A stretch of DNA of 64,000 nucleotides from Squalus acanthias. Lineage: Eukaryota. Location of the stretch: NCBI GenBank assembly GCA_030390025.1, contig CM059432.1, positions 87,732,001 to 87,796,000 on the forward strand, read 5' to 3'. The translations under genes and the position numbers were made by a program. The notes under the pieces were generated by a model that saw nothing but the letters and a program-made list of their open reading frames with translations, had not been told where the DNA came from and made no database searches. How positions within the stretch are numbered: the first letter of the stretch is position 1; each line of letters opens with the position of its first letter. Positions 59,701 through 64,000 of this stretch are shown one piece after another.

Positions 59701-62700
59701 CAGATGGGATATATCCTAGGATTCTTTGGGAGGCAAGGGAGGAGATTGCAGAGCCTCTGGCTTTGATCTTTGGGTCCTCACTGTCCACGGGGATGGTGCC
59801 AGAGGACTGGAGAGTGGCGAATGTTGTTCCTCTCTTCAAGAAAGGAAATAGGAATGACCCTGGTAATTATAGGCCGGTTAGTCTTACTTCGGTGGTTGGT
59901 AAGATAATGGAAAAGGTCCTGAGGGATAGGATTTATGACCATTTGGAAAGGGGCAACTTAATCAGGGATAGTCAACACGGATTCGTGAAGGGTAAGTCTT
60001 GCCTAACAAATTTGATTGAATTCTTTGAGGAGGTAACTAAGTGTGTAGATGAAGGTAGAGCAGTTGATGTCGTATACATGGATTTTAGTAAGGCGTTTAA
60101 TAAGGTTCCCCATGGTCGTCTCATGAAGAAAGTAAGGAGTTGTGGGATAGAGGGAAATTTGGCCGATTGGATAAGTAACTGGCTATCTCATAGAAGGCAG
60201 AGGGTGGTGGTGGATGGAACATTTTCGGACTGGAGACCAGTTACCAGCGGTGTGCCACAGGGGTCGGTGCTGGGTCCTCTGCTGTTTGTGATTTTTATCA
60301 ATGACTTGGAGGAGGGGACTGAAGGGTGGATCAGTAAATTTGCTGATGACACCAAGATTGGTGGAGTAGTGGATGAGGTGGAGGGCAGTTGTAGGCTGCA
60401 AAGAGACATTGATAGGATGCAGAGCTGGGCCAAAAAATGGCAGATGGAATTTAACCCTGATAAGTGCGAGGTGATTCATTTTGGTAGGGCAAATTTGAAT
60501 AAGGATTACAGGGTCAACGGCAGGGTTCTGAGGAACGTGGAGGAGCAGAGGGATCTGGGGGTTCATATCCACAGATCTCTGAAGGTTGCCACTCAAGTGG
60601 ATAGAGCAGTAAAGAAGGCCTATGGTGTGTTGGCGTTTATTAACAGAGGGTTTGAGTTTAAGAACCGTGAGGTTATGCTGCAACTGTACAGGACCTTGGT
60701 GAGACCACATTTGGAATATTGTGTGCAGTTCTGGTCACCTCACTATAGGAAGGACGTGGAAGCATTGGAAAGAATGCAAAGGAGATTTACCAGGATGCTG
60801 CCTGGTTTGGGGGGGAGGTCTTATGAGGAAAGATTGAGGGAGTTGGGGCTTTTCTCTTTAGAGCGGAGGAGGATGAGAGGCGACTTAATAGAGGTTTATA
60901 AGATGATGAGGGGGATAGATAGAGTGGATGTTCAGAGACTATTTCCTCGGGTAGAGGCAGCTGTTACAAGGGGGCATAACTATAAGGTGCATGGGGGGAG
61001 ATATAGAAGGGATGTCCGAGGTAGATTCTTTACTCAGAGAGTGGTTGGGGTGTGGAATGGACTGCCTGCTGTGATAGTGGAGTCGGACACTTTAGGAACT
61101 TTCAAGCGGTTATTGGATAAGCACATGGAGCACACCAGAGTGATAGGGAGTGTGATAGCTTGATCTTGGTCTCGGACAATGCTCGGCACAACATCGAGGG
61201 CCGAAGGGCCTGTATTGTGCTGTACTGTTCTATGTATCTATGTATCTATGTAATGTATCACTTCTCACTTTTCTGCGTTAAATTTAATCTGCCACATGTC
61301 CGCCCATTCCACCAGCCTGTCTATGTCCTCTTGAAGTCCATCACTATCCTCCTCACTGTTCACTATACTTCCAAATTTTGTGTCATCTGCAAATTTTGAA
61401 ATTGTGCCCTGTACACCCACATCCAAGTCATTCATATATATCAAGAAAAGTAGTGGTCCTAGTACCGACCCCTGGGGAACTCCACTGTTTACCTTCCTCC
61501 AGTCCAAAAAACAACTGTTCACCACTACTCTGTTTCCTGTCACTTAGCCAATTCCATATTCATGCTGCCACTGTTCCTTTTATTCCATGGGCTTCAACTT
61601 TGCTGGCAAGCCTATTATGTGGCACTTTGTTGAATGCCTTTTGGAAATCCATGTATACCACATCAACCGCATTGCCCTCATCAACCCTCTCTGTTACCTC
61701 ATCAAAAAACTCAATCAAGTTGGTTAAACACGATTTGCCTTTAACAAATCTGTGCTGGCTTTCCTTAATTAATCCACACTTGTCCAAGTGACTGTTAATT
61801 TTGTCCCTGATTATTGTTTCTAAAAGCTTCTCCACTACCGAGGTTAAACTGACTGGCCTGTAGTTGCTGAGTTTATCTTTACACCCTTTTTTGAACAAGG
61901 GTGTAACATTTGCAATTCTCCAGTCCTGTGGTACCACCCCGTTTCTAAGGAGAATTGGAAGATTATGGCCAGTACCTCTGCAATTTCTTCCTTCACTTCC
62001 CTCAGCATCCTAGGATGCATCCTATCTGGTCCTGGTGACTTATCTAATTTCAGTACAGACAGCCTTTCTATTACCTCCTCTTTATCAATTTTTATCCCAC
62101 CCAGTATCTCCTCTACCTCCTTCTTCACTCACTTCTAGCACCTCAACCATACCCTGTGCCTCTATGCGTAGGTCTCCTTTTTGGTCCCCAATCGGCCTCC
62201 TCTTACTACCCGTTTATTATTTATATGTCTATAGAAGACTTTTGGATTACCTTTTATGTTAGCTGCCATTCTATTCTCATACCCTCTCTTTTGCCCCTCT
62301 TATTTTCTTTTTCACTTCTCCTCTGAACTTTCTATATTTAGCCTGATTCTCACATGTATTCTCGACCTGACATCTGTCATACACGTTCTATTTCTGCTTC
62401 ATCTTACTCTCTATCTCTTTTGTCATCCAGGGAGCTCTGACTTTAGTTGTCCTACCTTTCCCCCTAGTGGGAATGTACCTTGACTGTACCTGAACTATTT
62501 CCTCTTTAAAGGCAGCCCATTGTTCCATTACAGTTTTGCCCGCCAATCTTTGATTCCAATTTACCTGGGCCAGATCTGTTCTCATCCCACTGAAATTGGC
62601 CTTCCTCCAATTAAGTATTTTTTACTCTAAATTGCTCCCTGTCCTTTTCCTTAACTAATCTAAACCTTATGATACTATGATCACTGTTCCCTAAATGTTC

Positions 62701-62838
62701 AACTACTGACACTTGCTCCACTTGACCTACCTCATTCCCCAGAACCAGATCCAGCACTGCTTTCTTCCTCGTTGGGCTGGAAACATGATGATCATGAAAG
62801 TTCTCCTGAACACACTTCAGAAATTCTTCCCCCTCTTT
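56745..62838 (-). mobile_element. 5'-truncated CR1 LINE (56745-57512 and 61253-62838), interrupted by an oppositely oriented CR1
   Basis: (ATAGAATC)n tail at 56748; RT ORFs 57154-57570, 61265-61543 and 61560-61937. Same subfamily as 50945-54364 (QRLAGKTVMEQWAAFKEE). Confidence 0.92.
57513..61252 (+). mobile_element. Young CR1 LINE, 5'-truncated within ORF1; ORF2 broken by a single stop
   Basis: Esterase ORF 57583-58266. ORFs 58146-59204 (APE) and 59235-61163 (RT) are in the same frame, separated by TAG 59202-04. (TCTATGTA)n tail. Confidence 0.94.
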
Positions 62839-63334
62839 TGGGATGGGAGGTGGTGGATGGTAAAATTGTGTGTGACATTGAACGGAGCCACCAGAGGCAG
62901 CAGGCTAAATTTGGGATGGGTGTTGTGGGGTAAATGTGGCTCTCAGTTTCTTATTCCTTCTCCTAAATAGTTATGCTTCCAAAACTCCATCACTCCCCTA
63001 GGGATCCCTACTCATTCCCATTCTTATCATCCCTTCACTCCTATCACTACCCCTATCTCTTCCTTTTTGAAAAACCCATTCAACCCTTTATCTGTTCCTC
63101 CCCCTTGCTCTACTGTCACTCACCTCATCCTTAACTCTCAATCTACTCCCACTCATTACCTTTAAGGGTGGGTAGTGAGAGGCTGGTAGACCCCACACCA
63201 TGAACGAATATCCCTCATCCCTTCTCCCCCTCATGCTTCCTACCTATCTATTTCTTTTAAAGAACCTTTGTTTGCTTTCAAAATTTAAAAAAAATGTGGA
63301 ACAAAATTTCATATTTGAATGAGGAAAGATACTA

Positions 63335-63425
63335 AACAAAAAGCAAAGAGTGCAGATGCTGGAAATCTGAAATAAAATCAGAAACTGTTGGAAACACTCT
63401 GCAGGTCAGTCAGCATGTGTGGAGT
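63335..63425 (-). mobile_element. Penelope terminal fragment
   Basis: tgcagatgctggaaatctgaaataaaatcagaaa...ggaaacactc..caggtcag matches the termini at 18610 and 30840-30895. Confidence 0.6.
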
Positions 63426-63429
63426 GAAT

Positions 63430-64000
63430 GGAGTGATTTCTGTTTCACTGCCGCCCAGTTTGTGCCTAAAGCAAGGCAGGAGCAGAACCAAAATCATGCG
63501 GGAAACAGAATTGCTGACTGAGAGCTGGATATCCTCCTATTACAATGTTCAGCTGGACCTCAATTAAGGCGGCCAGAGCTACTGCTGGAATCACACGGGC
63601 CTAATGAATATATGCTAATCAAGGTCAGATGACAACATTTTCATCACTGCCTGCATTGCTACCGCCAGTTCTTGATCCGCTGACAACACATGGGCAGTAC
63701 AAGTTGGGAGGCAGCCATTTCCAGTGCTATTTAAAAGGATCCTCCACTGCTTTCAGGTAAAATGCTTTACTTATATTACATTATGGCTTTTCGCTACGTG
63801 GATAATCTGAAAGTGCTTGTATTGGCTGTAGAGCATTCTGAACTCTTAAGAAGCTTCTGGCAATGCACTTCATGGGATTCCTTCTGGCAATTCCACTCTG
63901 GCAAGAGGGAGAGGAGGAGCAGCAGCAGGAGGAAGGAGGAATTTGCAAACAGAGCTGCAGTTGCTGGGAGAGCAAACAAAAGGAGACATACCTGCAGGAT
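63430..64000 (+). mobile_element. Probable 5' end of another Harbinger element
   Basis: gctatttaaaagg motif at ~63727, then an Arg-rich frame (RRRKEEFANRAAVAGRANKRR) resembling the transposase N-terminus. Truncated by the window end. Confidence 0.45.

Overview
Repeat-dense vertebrate genomic DNA, most consistent with a cartilaginous fish (shark-type CR1, DeuSINE and Penelope repeats; taxon is inferred). No host gene exons could be supported. The window is a nested mosaic of mobile elements: many CR1 LINEs (three with ORF1 esterase), three copies of a second CR1-group LINE ('LINE-B'), an L2, SINEs, a Penelope element split by a solo LTR, and at least nine PIF/Harbinger copies or relics plus MITEs. 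Four items stand out. (1) An intact Gypsy LTR retrotransposon (22071-26511, identical 194-bp LTRs, GGGAT TSD) has no tRNA primer site; instead an 11-nt PBS is exactly complementary to its own LTR (Tf1-like self-priming), and its RT motif is YLDN. (2) An apparently intact autonomous Harbinger (38766-42982) has a DDE transposase and a reconstructable 3-exon Myb/SANT partner gene, with a defective sister copy and two MITEs. (3) A 193-bp near-perfect palindrome of Penelope termini is centred on a hammerhead ribozyme core. (4) There are two LINE/SINE 3'-tail partnerships. All calls are by eye from motifs; no database searches were run.
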